From a bacterium (GTDB taxonomy: Bacteria > Patescibacteriota > Saccharimonadia > Saccharimonadales > JAUPVS01), in assembly GCA_029780855.1 (NCBI GenBank), contig JAKOXV010000018.1:1-52103 (forward strand): a stretch of DNA of 52,103 bases, given 5' to 3'. This document shows, piece by piece, positions 9,956-19,050 of this stretch. The notes beneath the pieces were generated by a model that was not told where the DNA came from, ran no database searches, and worked only from the letters and a program-made list of their open reading frames with translations. A program made the position numbers and the translations under genes. Numbering within the stretch: the stretch's first letter is position 1; every line of letters starts with the position of its first letter.

Positions 9956-10741
9956 CTAGCCAATAAAACGATGTGCAATCAATATTGCAGCCCCGACCAA
10001 TACTGCACCAATAAGCACTAGTGCCACTTGCCAATCAATAAGTTTACTCTTTTCTCGTGATTCATTAATACTGGGAATGATGTCGCTGGCTGCTACATAA
10101 ATAAAGAAACCGGCAGTTGAACCAATTAGCCAGGACAATAAAGCTTCCTGACCTCTAGCAATTTGATAAAACAACACCGTACCAACTGCGGTCGTCACGA
10201 TCGCGACTCCGTGAACCATAATTACACCTTTTACTTTCAAGCCGCGCTGGAGCAAATATCCTGAATCTGCAATTTCCCGAGGAATCTCGTGAAGAGCCAC
10301 GGCAATAGTGGTTATCACACCGGTAGCGGGCGATATGAGAAAAGCCGCCGCGATAGCTGCTCCATCAATAAAGTTATGCAGCCAATTACCACCAGTAGCA
10401 AGTACGACCACCGGATCGGCTTTTTCCTTATGGGTAGATGCCTGTTCAAATGGTTCCTTACTATGATGATGAAACCAATGCAACCAACCTTCCAGCAAAA
10501 AGAAAAATAACATACCTCCAAGGGCAGCAATCAGGACGGTGAGCGGTTCGTATTGCTCTACGCCATCATGGAGAAAATCTAAAAATGCGGCAGCAAGCAA
10601 TGCGCCAGCCGCAAACGGTGTTGCATACGTGGCTAAACCACGGACTATTTTTTTATGTGTCAGTAGCGCTGTGCTTGCAAAGAACACAACAAAATCACCG
10701 ATCAACGATACGCCAAGCACGAGCCAAACGGATGGGTTCAT
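9956..10741 (-). CDS. ZIP family metal (zinc) transporter
   Basis: Multi-pass membrane protein with a His-rich loop (HWFHHHSKE) and HEIPREIADSG, the ZIP/ZupT signature. I trimmed the start to MNPSVWLVLG (ATG at 10741), which is preceded by AAAGGAAAA. Confidence 0.8.
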   Translation of the reverse strand: MNPSVWLVLGVSLIGDFVVFFASTALLTHKKIVRGLATYATPFAAGALLAAAFLDFLHDGVEQYEPLTVLIAALGGMLFFFLLEGWLHWFHHHSKEPFEQASTHKEKADPVVVLATGGNWLHNFIDGAAIAAAFLISPATGVITTIAVALHEIPREIADSGYLLQRGLKVKGVIMVHGVAIVTTAVGTVLFYQIARGQEALLSWLIGSTAGFFIYVAASDIIPSINESREKSKLIDWQVALVLIGAVLVGAAILIAHRFIG

Positions 10742-10787
10742 ATCTGTTTTCCTTTCTGCATGAAGCATAAACGCACATGGCTTTTTC

Positions 10788-10825
10788 TGCAAATTTATCG
10801 CAATTTTTGCTATAATTGCAGCATG
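10788..10825 (+). promoter_or_regulatory. extended -10 promoter (TGcTATAAT) 6 nt upstream of the Fur-family ATG, embedded in an imperfect 33-bp palindrome (candidate Fur/Zur operator)
   Basis: TGCTATAAT is at 10808..10816 and the ATG at 10823. TGCAAATTTATCGCAATTTTTGCTATAATTGCA (10788..10820) is partially self-complementary, with TGCAA/TTGCA ends and internal GCAATT/AATTGC. Confidence 0.4.
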
Positions 10826-11254
10826 TCAGCCAATTCGGCCTTTGAAGAATACCTCCGGGAGAGCGACTACAGCGTGACGCGTGCTCGGCGGCTGGTATTT
10901 GCTGCTCTAGAAAATCAAGAACCTCAGAGCATAGCAGAACTTCTGAAAAATCTCACTAGCATTGACCGAGCAAGCGTTTACCGTACCGTAACACTGTTTG
11001 AAAAGCTTGATATAGTACGCCGTATTCAAATCGGCTGGAAGTACAAATTAGAACTTACCGAACAGTTCAACTTTCACCACCATCATCTCATTTGTAAAAA
11101 TTGTGGCACGATAATTCCCCTCCGTGAAAATCCAACCATTGAAGCATCCATCCTAGCACTTGCTACTGAGTATGGATTTAAACCAATCGATCATCAGCTT
11201 GAAATCCAGGGATACTGTAGCACTTGCCTACAAAAAATGACCCCGGCGAAATAG
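10823..11254 (+). CDS. Fur family transcriptional regulator (Zur-like by context)
   Basis: Winged-helix N-terminus, HHHHLICKNCG and CSTC metal-site motifs. It is divergent from the ZIP transporter. I trimmed the start to MSANSAFEEYL. Confidence 0.8.
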   Translation: MSANSAFEEYLRESDYSVTRARRLVFAALENQEPQSIAELLKNLTSIDRASVYRTVTLFEKLDIVRRIQIGWKYKLELTEQFNFHHHHLICKNCGTIIPLRENPTIEASILALATEYGFKPIDHQLEIQGYCSTCLQKMTPAK

Positions 11255-11264
11255 CCGAGGTCGG

Positions 11265-11287
11265 TGGAAGTCTCTCACTTCCATTTC
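11265..11287 (+). terminator. rho-independent terminator candidate between convergent genes
   Basis: TGGAAGT ctctc ACTTCCA forms a 7-bp stem followed by TTT. Confidence 0.45.
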
Positions 11288-11320
11288 TAGCATAAGCCTA
11301 AACCAGCCGGTTTTCAAGCC

Positions 11321-11701
11321 CTATTTCTCTCCAATAGTTTCATCCACAATGGATACGATTTCTTTAGGGTCGTGTTCACTTTTAATTATATACTTCAGCG
11401 CACCTTTTGACATTGCGGTACTCATATCACCATCACCCGCTAGGTTGGAGAGCATGATGACGGGGATATCTTTTAGCGCAGCGTCTGCTTTTATTTTCTC
11501 AAGCGCTTCCATACCGTTCATTTTGGGCATCATCACATCCATAAGGATCACATCGGGCTTTTCTGACTGCGCCTTAGCCACACCCTCTTCTCCATCATTA
11601 GCAACTACAACGGTATAGTGTTGAAAAGTGAAGATCTTCTGATACATTCGCTGTATAAGTTGATCATCTTCAACGATCAGAACTTTTTTGCTTGTTGCCA
11701 T
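11321..11701 (-). CDS. single-domain response regulator (CheY-like receiver)
   Basis: 126 aa with VLIVEDD, VILMDVMMPKMNG (phospho-acceptor Asp) and a receiver-domain Lys. There is no output domain and no adjacent histidine kinase. Confidence 0.85.
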   Translation of the reverse strand: MATSKKVLIVEDDQLIQRMYQKIFTFQHYTVVVANDGEEGVAKAQSEKPDVILMDVMMPKMNGMEALEKIKADAALKDIPVIMLSNLAGDGDMSTAMSKGALKYIIKSEHDPKEIVSIVDETIGEK

Positions 11702-11800
11702 GGGTTTGGGACTCCTTTTTGGCGTGTTTTTAATTACTTCAATTATACACCTAACCGGAACATATTACGTCATATAATAATAGTCTATAGGCGTAGTTTT

Positions 11801-12322
11801 CTAAATGGCGGCCACAGATCCGAGGATCATGAGAATTACAAAAATCATGATGAGGGTATTCTCAAATAGCAAAGTAGTAGATAGCGGTAGCCGGAATACT
11901 CTGTGGAGCCACGTGGCGTTCACGCTAGGGCCTCTGCGCATCAGGTTGCCTAGCAGACTAACTGTTGCCTCGGTTGCTATCAAAACGGTCACGATATTCC
12001 GTAACACCGCAGAAAAATCTAAAATAAAGAAGATTCCTAGCAGCAGTTCGATGATCGGATATGCATAGTTGTATAGCGGGTACCGCTTTGCAAAACGGTC
12101 ATATTTAGGAAACGTTTCCAAAAAACTTTCATAGGTAATGAGCTTAAATCCTCCAAACAGGAGCATTATTCCACCTAGCAGCCACCGGATCCAATCAGTC
12201 CAATGGAATGACACTGTGGTACTCATGAGGGTTGCGGCAGCAGCCACCAGAAGCAGAATGAAAAGGAATTTATAGTACTCTCTTTTTGTGCTTTTAGCGG
12301 TAATATGCTTGGGTCTTGCCAT
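11801..12322 (-). CDS. DoxX/MauE-like integral membrane protein
   Basis: 173 aa with about 4 TM helices and a GGFKL...IELLLGIFFIL pattern reminiscent of the MauE/DoxX family. Confidence 0.45.
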   Translation of the reverse strand: MARPKHITAKSTKREYYKFLFILLLVAAAATLMSTTVSFHWTDWIRWLLGGIMLLFGGFKLITYESFLETFPKYDRFAKRYPLYNYAYPIIELLLGIFFILDFSAVLRNIVTVLIATEATVSLLGNLMRRGPSVNATWLHRVFRLPLSTTLLFENTLIMIFVILMILGSVAAI

Positions 12323-12391
12323 GCTTCATACTATTTTACGATAGCCACAAGCGATTTGCGAGACTTTTCCTGCAGCGTACAATAAATACCG

Positions 12392-13582
12392 ATGCAGGAA
12401 ACACCACTAGCTGAAAAACTTCGTCCTATTACCATCAAAGATGTGGTAGGACAGGAACATTTACTTGCCAAAGGACAGCTTTTACAGCAAATAATCGTTA
12501 AGAAGCAACCGGCAAGTCTAATTTTGTGGGGTCCGCCGGGAAGTGGCAAAACAACACTTGCCAGAATTGTCGCCAGTGCGCTTGATGCAGATTTTATTGA
12601 AATTTCTGCGGTTACCTCCGGTATTGCTGAAGTCAAAACTATCATTAAACGAGCGGAAGAAAATCGTCGTTTGGGGATGCGCACCATACTGTTTGTTGAT
12701 GAAATCCATCGCTTTAATAAAGCGCAGCAAGACGCTTTTTTGCCGCACGTTGAAAGCGGTCTCATAACCCTCATTGGCGCAACAACAGAAAATCCTAGCT
12801 TCGAGGTTATTACCCCTTTACTCTCTAGAAGTCGAGTGTTAGTGCTTACGCCTCTCCAAAAAACTGAGATAGTGACCATCCTAAAACGTGCCCTCAAAAA
12901 AACCAGCAATACAAAGAGTGTTCCAAAAGCTTCGCTTGAGTACATAGCGGAATTGTCGGGTGGTGACGCTCGTGTAGCATTGGGCAACCTGGAACTAGCT
13001 CTTTCTTTAAGCGGGGAGAAGGTCGATATAGAAACAGTTAAACGGGCCGCTCAAGCAAAGCTACCCCGGTATGATAAACAGGGCGAATACCACTACAATC
13101 TCATTAGTGCCTTTATAAAAAGCATGCGCGGGAGTGATGCTGACGCCACCTTATACTACTTGGCCCGTATGCTTGAGGCCGGCGAAGACCCCAAGTTTAT
13201 CGCTCGCCGAATGGTAATTTTTGCCAGTGAAGATGTCGGCCTCGCTGCTTCTGCAGCACTTAACGTAGCAGTCAGTACATTTTTAGCGGTTGAAAGAATT
13301 GGCATGCCAGAGTGCAACTATAACCTCTACCACTGTGCGCTTGTTTTGGCAAAAACCAAAAAATCTCGCTCTGTTACGGAAGCTATGCAGAATGCCCAGA
13401 AAGCGGCTCGTGATTTCCCGAACGAACCAGTGCCATTACATCTCAGAAACGCCCCTACAAAACTAATGAAAGAACTTGGGTATCAAGAGGGGTACCAATG
13501 GCAGGCTGATTTTAAACATGCCAAGGGTTTTTTGCCAGAGAAGCTGAAAGACATTACGATCATTAATCCAGAAAACACTTAA
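12392..13582 (+). CDS. rarA: replication-associated recombination protein A (AAA+ ATPase)
   Basis: LAEKLRP...DVVGQEHLL, Walker A GPPGSGKTT, Walker B FVDEIHRFNK, and a MgsA C-terminal domain (ARRMVIFASEDVGLA). Confidence 0.9.
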   Translation: MQETPLAEKLRPITIKDVVGQEHLLAKGQLLQQIIVKKQPASLILWGPPGSGKTTLARIVASALDADFIEISAVTSGIAEVKTIIKRAEENRRLGMRTILFVDEIHRFNKAQQDAFLPHVESGLITLIGATTENPSFEVITPLLSRSRVLVLTPLQKTEIVTILKRALKKTSNTKSVPKASLEYIAELSGGDARVALGNLELALSLSGEKVDIETVKRAAQAKLPRYDKQGEYHYNLISAFIKSMRGSDADATLYYLARMLEAGEDPKFIARRMVIFASEDVGLAASAALNVAVSTFLAVERIGMPECNYNLYHCALVLAKTKKSRSVTEAMQNAQKAARDFPNEPVPLHLRNAPTKLMKELGYQEGYQWQADFKHAKGFLPEKLKDITIINPENT

Positions 13583-13672
13583 AAGCTGACTATTTTGTGA
13601 AATAATTTATATCTTTTCTGCTCTCCAAGGCTTATGCTTTTTATGCAATATGTAATGACATGGGAGGGTATC

Positions 13673-13825
13673 ATGGCAGAAAAACAATCTAAAGGACGAG
13701 GTTGGCACGGAGATTCAGAGGGGCACCGACGAGCAGGTAGGCTCGGAGGTCAAAAAAGCGGCGGCAATTTTAAAAGGGATCGCGCTCGCGCAAGTGCCGC
13801 CGGAAAAGTTGGCGGAAGCCGATAG
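13673..13825 (+). CDS. KGG-repeat general stress protein (YciG-like)
   Basis: MAEKQSKGRGWHGDSEGH..GGQKSGGNFKRDRARASAAGKVGG resembles KGG stress-protein repeats. GGGAGG lies 6 nt upstream of this ATG. The ORF-track start at 13634 lacks an RBS. Confidence 0.7.
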   Translation: MAEKQSKGRGWHGDSEGHRRAGRLGGQKSGGNFKRDRARASAAGKVGGSR

Positions 13826-13830
13826 CGACA

Positions 13831-14310
13831 TTAATCGTTTAAGTGCTTTTCAAATTCTTTGACTATGTGATGAGGGTTAGATACGGCGAAGAGCGTAATT
13901 CTATCCTCATAACCACGTGAAGCAAAATCCAGACGAATATTTCCATAGTGCAATCGTTTACCGAGCGCGTCTTGGTTCAGCTTAATGCTTTTTAAGAATT
14001 TCAGTTCATAGACCTTATCTTCTTCATTCAAGAGCCCTTTGTCTTGGATGAGGTGATGTTTTGAGATGTAAAATCGGGATTTGAGATAATCGGTTATCAC
14101 TCCGCCGATCATTACCGCAACAACCAGAAACTTAAGCGTGTGGAGTGCCAGCAGAATTATCAAGAAAAATCTGTCAGTGGTGGTGTTCGGTAAAACCAGT
14201 AGATACATAACCACCAAAAAGGCAAAAATTGTATCGGCTGTAAAAAGTATCAGTAGTACTCGAAGCAGTAAAAATTTTGCATTTGGCCGAATTACCGTAA
14301 CGTCAAACAT
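13831..14310 (-). CDS. membrane protein with bacterial PH (bPH_2)-like domain
   Basis: Two N-terminal TM helices followed by a small beta-rich domain (YISKHHLIQDKGLLNEEDKVYEL...IRLDF). Confidence 0.45.
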   Translation of the reverse strand: MFDVTVIRPNAKFLLLRVLLILFTADTIFAFLVVMYLLVLPNTTTDRFFLIILLALHTLKFLVVAVMIGGVITDYLKSRFYISKHHLIQDKGLLNEEDKVYELKFLKSIKLNQDALGKRLHYGNIRLDFASRGYEDRITLFAVSNPHHIVKEFEKHLND

Positions 14311-14385
14311 CGTGAGGCCTCCTTTTGAATTCTTCTACTTCTATTGTAGTACATCGGGTAAAGTATTTGCGTAAAACTCACCACG

Positions 14386-15123
14386 CTAATCAATGAGAAC
14401 AAAGTTCTTTAATGCTTTGGATAACGTGGTCCGATTACCCTCGCCCTGATATGTTTTTAGGATTATCCAGATTAGGTAGCCACCCAAAAGTAATGTTTCA
14501 CCCAGTAATGATAACTGGTACCAGTTAGCTATTCCTGATGAACCATACGTTATCCAACCTCCCGCTACGATGAGCAATATCGAAACCGCCCGCAGAAAGC
14601 GCCAAAGCGGTGCTGCTGCACTTTTCCTGGTTTTCGTTAATAAACCATCGAGCACTACGGTTGCTAGCATACTCACCCCCGCAAGTGCTACGCCAAATAA
14701 GTGTACTTTGTACGGTACGGGCTTCCAGCTTACCGGCATCAACGCCACTAGATATAAGCCAAGTACCGTCAAAGTCACTAAACCAGTTACCGGCATTGTT
14801 CGCTCCCACGATCGAGATAAATAGTTGCGCCACCGCCACATTCCGTATGCCCCAAAGAATACCGATCCAGCAAAGTACGGGGCCGTCCGCACGTCACCAC
14901 CAAAGTCACTGAACGCCGTACTAATTTGCACCATGTCTGGACGAATGATGAAACACAGCGTAAAGCCGGAAAGCATAATACTAATACCTGCTATACCCCA
15001 GAATCTCCCATGAAGATTCCGTATAAAGCGGAATAGTAGCACCTTATCGAGAAGGACGCTTATACGCCTCTTGCGAAACGTAAACCGATAGTACTGCTGT
15101 TTCTTCTTTGTATTTTTGGGCAT
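14386..15123 (-). CDS. multi-pass membrane protein, unknown function
   Basis: 245 aa with a basic N-terminus and at least 6 hydrophobic segments. I recognised no catalytic motif. Confidence 0.5.
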   Translation of the reverse strand: MPKNTKKKQQYYRFTFRKRRISVLLDKVLLFRFIRNLHGRFWGIAGISIMLSGFTLCFIIRPDMVQISTAFSDFGGDVRTAPYFAGSVFFGAYGMWRWRNYLSRSWERTMPVTGLVTLTVLGLYLVALMPVSWKPVPYKVHLFGVALAGVSMLATVVLDGLLTKTRKSAAAPLWRFLRAVSILLIVAGGWITYGSSGIANWYQLSLLGETLLLGGYLIWIILKTYQGEGNRTTLSKALKNFVLID

Positions 15124-15192
15124 AGGATACCTGGTGTTCGTACCCTACTATGCGGGTACCGACCCACAATAGTCAACACTACTACTACATTC

Positions 15193-15756
15193 CTAATTAC
15201 GCTTCTGCCCGGTTGTTAATGGGACATTCGTAAAAAGTGTTTCCACCGGATGGGTGTAGCGCTGTCCATTTTCATGGTCATGACGGTTTACTTTCAATTC
15301 GCTTACCGATACCAGCAAATCATAATTCCCACTTTCTGGGATTGCAATATTGGTACCGTAATGGAATAGCCACGGGTGCCACAGAAACGGAAGTTTGACT
15401 GTTAATAACTGTTCGTCATCTCCGCTCGGAAAGATTGACACTGAGACATCGAGGTATGGAATAAATCTTCCATCCTGCGAGTCCTGGACAGTTATCTCAA
15501 GATGACAATTTTCAAAGTCAGGATTCCGCCATTCAAGCTGACCATTGGTCCACTCATACATTCCCTCCGCATTTTCTTCTGCATACGAGATCATGTAATC
15601 TTGAACTTTTATACTTTTTCCTCGCCCTGCCTCTTCGCGCATAGCCTCGAGCGACTTAGTAAACGCATCACCTTGGTCACGGGCAAGCCGAAGCTGCTTG
15701 CGGTCGGCTTCTTTGCTTGTCTTACCTGGTAATGGTCGTTCATCTGATTTAGACAT
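15193..15756 (-). CDS. P19/Tp34 (Fe2+/Cu-binding, PF10634-like) family protein without a signal peptide
   Basis: The pattern AEGMY..HLEITVQD...GRFIPYLDVSVSI...HYGTNIAIPESGNYDLLVSV...RHDHENG parallels the P19 pattern HLEADI..PYL..HYG.N..G.Y..RH.D. The N-terminal 60 aa are hydrophilic. Confidence 0.5.
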   Translation of the reverse strand: MSKSDERPLPGKTSKEADRKQLRLARDQGDAFTKSLEAMREEAGRGKSIKVQDYMISYAEENAEGMYEWTNGQLEWRNPDFENCHLEITVQDSQDGRFIPYLDVSVSIFPSGDDEQLLTVKLPFLWHPWLFHYGTNIAIPESGNYDLLVSVSELKVNRHDHENGQRYTHPVETLFTNVPLTTGQKRN

Positions 15757-15815
15757 GTCTCCACTATAAGCAGGAAGACTACGGTCCGCGATTAGTTATC
15801 TCATAGACCGCCCGT

Positions 15816-18011
15816 TTAGTTCTTGATAAGAAGCGATAGTCCTTCATAAGGCCGCAGAGAAACAGCAAAGCTACTCGTACCATCCACGTTGGCGATCTTC
15901 TTGTCGGTGAACATGTCCATCACGGTAGCATCGGGGGTGAGGTGCTCTGAATGAACCACATCATCGACTTTTTCATTAGAGAAGTTAAGGATGGTAGCCT
16001 GGTACGCTCCCTCTGCTGCAAGCTTATGTAGCATCACCAGTACCGCCTTATTATTGGTGTCAGGAACATCAACCTGATGGCTCGTAGCAATTCCATATTG
16101 ATCGCGTATCCTCAAAAGGGTCTGCAGCTTACGCGCAAAAGATTTGGGATCTCGGAGCTGGTCCGGTAGTGTTCCATATATATTGACAGCTCTTGGTAAA
16201 CCTGACGATGCTTGCTGCTTATGCGGCGCTAGAGCCATAAGATCATAGGCCCCTCGGTTAATCCATCGCGTATCGCCGTCCTTAACCAGCTCGGCGACTT
16301 GAGAGGTATCGAGCGGTAAAGAACCACTCAAATCCCAGCCAGATAACGCAAAAACTCCCGGCTGCATCGCATTAAACATCGCCAGTAGCAAATGCACCTG
16401 CTTAATGGTTTCTATTTGACTACTGTTGAGGTGACTGAGGTTCTTTATGCCAAGGACAGCAGCAATAACCGAAACTGTTGTACAGGCAATACCGTTTTCG
16501 CTAAACAGCAAATTATAGGGTGCTTGATCTCCCGTAAGCCTGTCTTGAAGCTCCTGACGAATACGCAGACGTAGCGCCTCCCCCCGTATCGTTTCGCCTT
16601 TATATGTATACACATCGTCTTTGTGTATGGTCCAAAAATGAACCAGTTCGTACGTTAGGTCATCGTGGTTTTGGAGCGCATGAATTAGCGATGCAGGATC
16701 AACATTATAGTCCCGTGAAATTTGCATCATAAGACGAAGAAATTCCGTATCACCGGTTGCTAACGCATGGTGATACGCCGGACGATTAATGAAATCATAC
16801 GAAAGGTCAGCACCGTCATCCGCCATAACCTTGATATCATCTACTGATAAGTTCAGTTCCTGAAAGGTAAAGCCGTCCATCTTACGAACCATACCTGAAA
16901 TTAATTGGTTGGCAGCCTCTGATAGTGGATGTCCTTCCGACCAAGCGGGCGTTTCATCACTGCTCTTTTCTATACCCAAAAAGCCATTGGCATCTAATCG
17001 TAAACCAGAGGATCCCAGTTCGCTTAATGAATGCAGCGCATCACCAATTACCAGTTTCATTCCAGCAAAAGAGGGATCAAGCCAGTTTATTGAAGGCTGA
17101 CCAGATTTGAAGTAATGCAGGTATACCCAGCGTCGCTTCCGTCCGTCTGTCCCCCTGACAATGCGGGTGGCACTCCAGTTGGTTTCTTTTACGCCTGGTT
17201 CATAAAAAATAACCCGCTGTAATCGACCGATAATATACCCCGCCTTCTTTAAAGCTTCCTCTGTTTCTTGATCGATATTCACCGCATCCTTACCCTTTGG
17301 AACATCGGGAAGCAGATGCCAGTCACGCTGCTCGACTTCCACCATATGGTATATACCCGGATATTCTCCATAATTCATCTCAGCCAATCTGAAATCGGGG
17401 CCCTTACCGGTGTGGCCTGGAACAATATCATCAATGACTATTCCGTTATGACGTTCTGCCACCTGACACATTGTTCTGAATTGCTGCTCGGTTCCAAAAA
17501 TTGGGTCGATTTTATTACTGATGCGGTCAAAGTGCCCATCAATACTGGGCGTTAAGGACCAGCCGTCAACGCCTCCAGCACTCTTCATCGGGCCGGTGTG
17601 AATCCCTCGAATGCCAATCTCTTCAAATGCCTGCCAGAGACCATCATCACCCAAAACTGTAAGAGTTGAGGTATCATCCGGGGTCATCATAGATATTGGG
17701 TATGCGGTATACCAAACCGAGGCTTTATCTACTGCCCGGCGCGGTCGCGGCCTCGCAAAGGGATGCTGCCATAATCGTGACTTTCCAGAATACTGGCGGG
17801 CGATTTTATTCGCTCCTTGCAGCATCGATTCATTCCGCAGCCAGCGGGTATAGGCAGCGTTAGAGGCTATTGGCAAACCAACATGCTTAGCAGAACGCAG
17901 CTGTGCTTTCGCCAAACTCCCCGCCTTCTTGATAATCGCCTTGGGGCGTGCGGGATAGAATTTTTCTGCAAAGCTTCTAGTGCTCGGTATGTTAAATCTT
18001 CGTTTTTGCAC
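15816..18011 (-). CDS. GH13 alpha-amylase-family enzyme, trehalose synthase-like (TreS/TreY-like)
   Basis: 731 aa with GH13 regions [25 protein letters not shown] and [11 protein letters not shown]. Length and layout resemble the Pseudomonas stutzeri-type trehalose synthase, from memory and unverified. Confidence 0.6.
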   Translation of the reverse strand: MQKRRFNIPSTRSFAEKFYPARPKAIIKKAGSLAKAQLRSAKHVGLPIASNAAYTRWLRNESMLQGANKIARQYSGKSRLWQHPFARPRPRRAVDKASVWYTAYPISMMTPDDTSTLTVLGDDGLWQAFEEIGIRGIHTGPMKSAGGVDGWSLTPSIDGHFDRISNKIDPIFGTEQQFRTMCQVAERHNGIVIDDIVPGHTGKGPDFRLAEMNYGEYPGIYHMVEVEQRDWHLLPDVPKGKDAVNIDQETEEALKKAGYIIGRLQRVIFYEPGVKETNWSATRIVRGTDGRKRRWVYLHYFKSGQPSINWLDPSFAGMKLVIGDALHSLSELGSSGLRLDANGFLGIEKSSDETPAWSEGHPLSEAANQLISGMVRKMDGFTFQELNLSVDDIKVMADDGADLSYDFINRPAYHHALATGDTEFLRLMMQISRDYNVDPASLIHALQNHDDLTYELVHFWTIHKDDVYTYKGETIRGEALRLRIRQELQDRLTGDQAPYNLLFSENGIACTTVSVIAAVLGIKNLSHLNSSQIETIKQVHLLLAMFNAMQPGVFALSGWDLSGSLPLDTSQVAELVKDGDTRWINRGAYDLMALAPHKQQASSGLPRAVNIYGTLPDQLRDPKSFARKLQTLLRIRDQYGIATSHQVDVPDTNNKAVLVMLHKLAAEGAYQATILNFSNEKVDDVVHSEHLTPDATVMDMFTDKKIANVDGTSSFAVSLRPYEGLSLLIKN

Positions 18012-18158
18012 AAGTCCACTCTACACCCTGTCTTCTTATCTTTACAAGGATATAACTACTTTTTGTGTCCTGACAGCACTAGTTACGTGAAAATATTCAC
18101 TGCAACACTAACCAATACGGTACATACTATGAGTGGCAATAAAGAAGGGGGGGGACTT

Positions 18159-18515
18159 ATGGAAGGAAGCGCAATGCAAATACGTTGGATGAGTGCATTC
18201 AACATTTTGCTAGGGGCATGGGTAATCGTATCACCGTGGATCTTGGGGTATACGACGACAGCCTCTAAAGTTAATAGTGTGATATTTGGAACGGCAGTAC
18301 TGATCTTTGCAGCGGTGAGGGAGTTTGCCCCACAAATGAACTGGTCAAGCTGGATAAACTTTATAGCTGCACTGTGGTTGATCGTTTCTCCGTTTATTCT
18401 GCAGGTGAACACTACTGCAGCCTACTGGAATCTAGTTATAACCGGAATCGTAATAGCCGTCCTGTCCTATGTAAATGCCTATACGCACGTCTCGACTACG
18501 CATAGAGCAATGTAG
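18159..18515 (+). CDS. SPW-repeat membrane protein
   Basis: Repeated VSPWILG / VSPFIL motifs in four TM segments. GAAGGGGGG precedes the ATG at 18159 (alternative start 18129). The ORF-track start at 17817 runs antisense into the GH13 gene and I rejected it. Confidence 0.65.
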   Translation: MEGSAMQIRWMSAFNILLGAWVIVSPWILGYTTTASKVNSVIFGTAVLIFAAVREFAPQMNWSSWINFIAALWLIVSPFILQVNTTAAYWNLVITGIVIAVLSYVNAYTHVSTTHRAM

Positions 18516-18538
18516 CAGAAGTACGACACATAGGCGTT

Positions 18539-18569
18539 CACCTCCGGAGTCCACCCGGAGGTGATTTTA
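18539..18569. terminator. bidirectional rho-independent terminator
   Basis: CACCTCCGG agtccac CCGGAGGTG forms a perfect 9-bp stem flanked by T/A runs. It sits between convergent genes. Confidence 0.7.
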
Positions 18570-18845
18570 TAATCTCACCAGCGTAGCTACTGCTATGCAC
18601 ACCGCTCCGATAAATGCTACCCCAAGAGCCAACCTCCAGCCCCCAAACACCAGCGCCACGACACCCGCAGCAATAATGCCAAACCCGATGTACAGTAAGT
18701 ACTTCTGGACATCATCAGGTTTTTTTGCCTGAGCCGACTCGGGGGGTTTTACGGGAGCCTCAAGTATGTCCTTTGGACTGTATCCAGTGGACTTTTGCAT
18801 TTTCTCGGTTGCATCTTCGTGCCCTGCGTTACTTCCGTCGTGCAT
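18567..18845 (-). CDS. small membrane protein, unknown function
   Basis: AAGGAG lies 7 nt upstream of the ATG at 18845 (MHDGSNAGHED...). The C-terminus has two TM helices. Confidence 0.5.
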   Translation of the reverse strand: MHDGSNAGHEDATEKMQKSTGYSPKDILEAPVKPPESAQAKKPDDVQKYLLYIGFGIIAAGVVALVFGGWRLALGVAFIGAVCIAVATLVRL

Positions 18846-19050
18846 GTTTCTACTCCTTATAGGGCTCATTGTACTGCGTATGTCATCACCGCTCTGCCGA
18901 TATTCTTGCGTTAAGTCATAGTTTTAACGAAGCATTTCATAAAATATTATTGACAATAATGTTATTTTGTTAGAAATCTCGTTGCCGAAAACTGCTTATG
19001 TACGTACATTTAGGTTCGTCAACCGATATAAATGCGAAGGGAGGGTACGC

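Noticed and set aside
12331-12987. 218-aa ORF antisense to rarA. Similar long antisense ORFs occur at 23476..24108 (opposite the DEAD-box helicase), 40681..41154 (opposite NUDIX/nusB) and 46759..47211 (opposite ddl/murF).
   Set aside because: Each lies fully inside a confidently identified conserved gene on the other strand. Their composition is low-complexity (Ser/Arg/Leu-rich), typical of antisense frames, and they have no RBS or recognisable motif.
17817-18158. The 5' extension of the SPW-repeat ORF, as given in the ORF track (start 17817).
   Set aside because: The extension is antisense to the 5' end of the GH13 gene and has no membrane or SPW features. A strong GAAGGGGGG RBS precedes the internal ATG at 18159.
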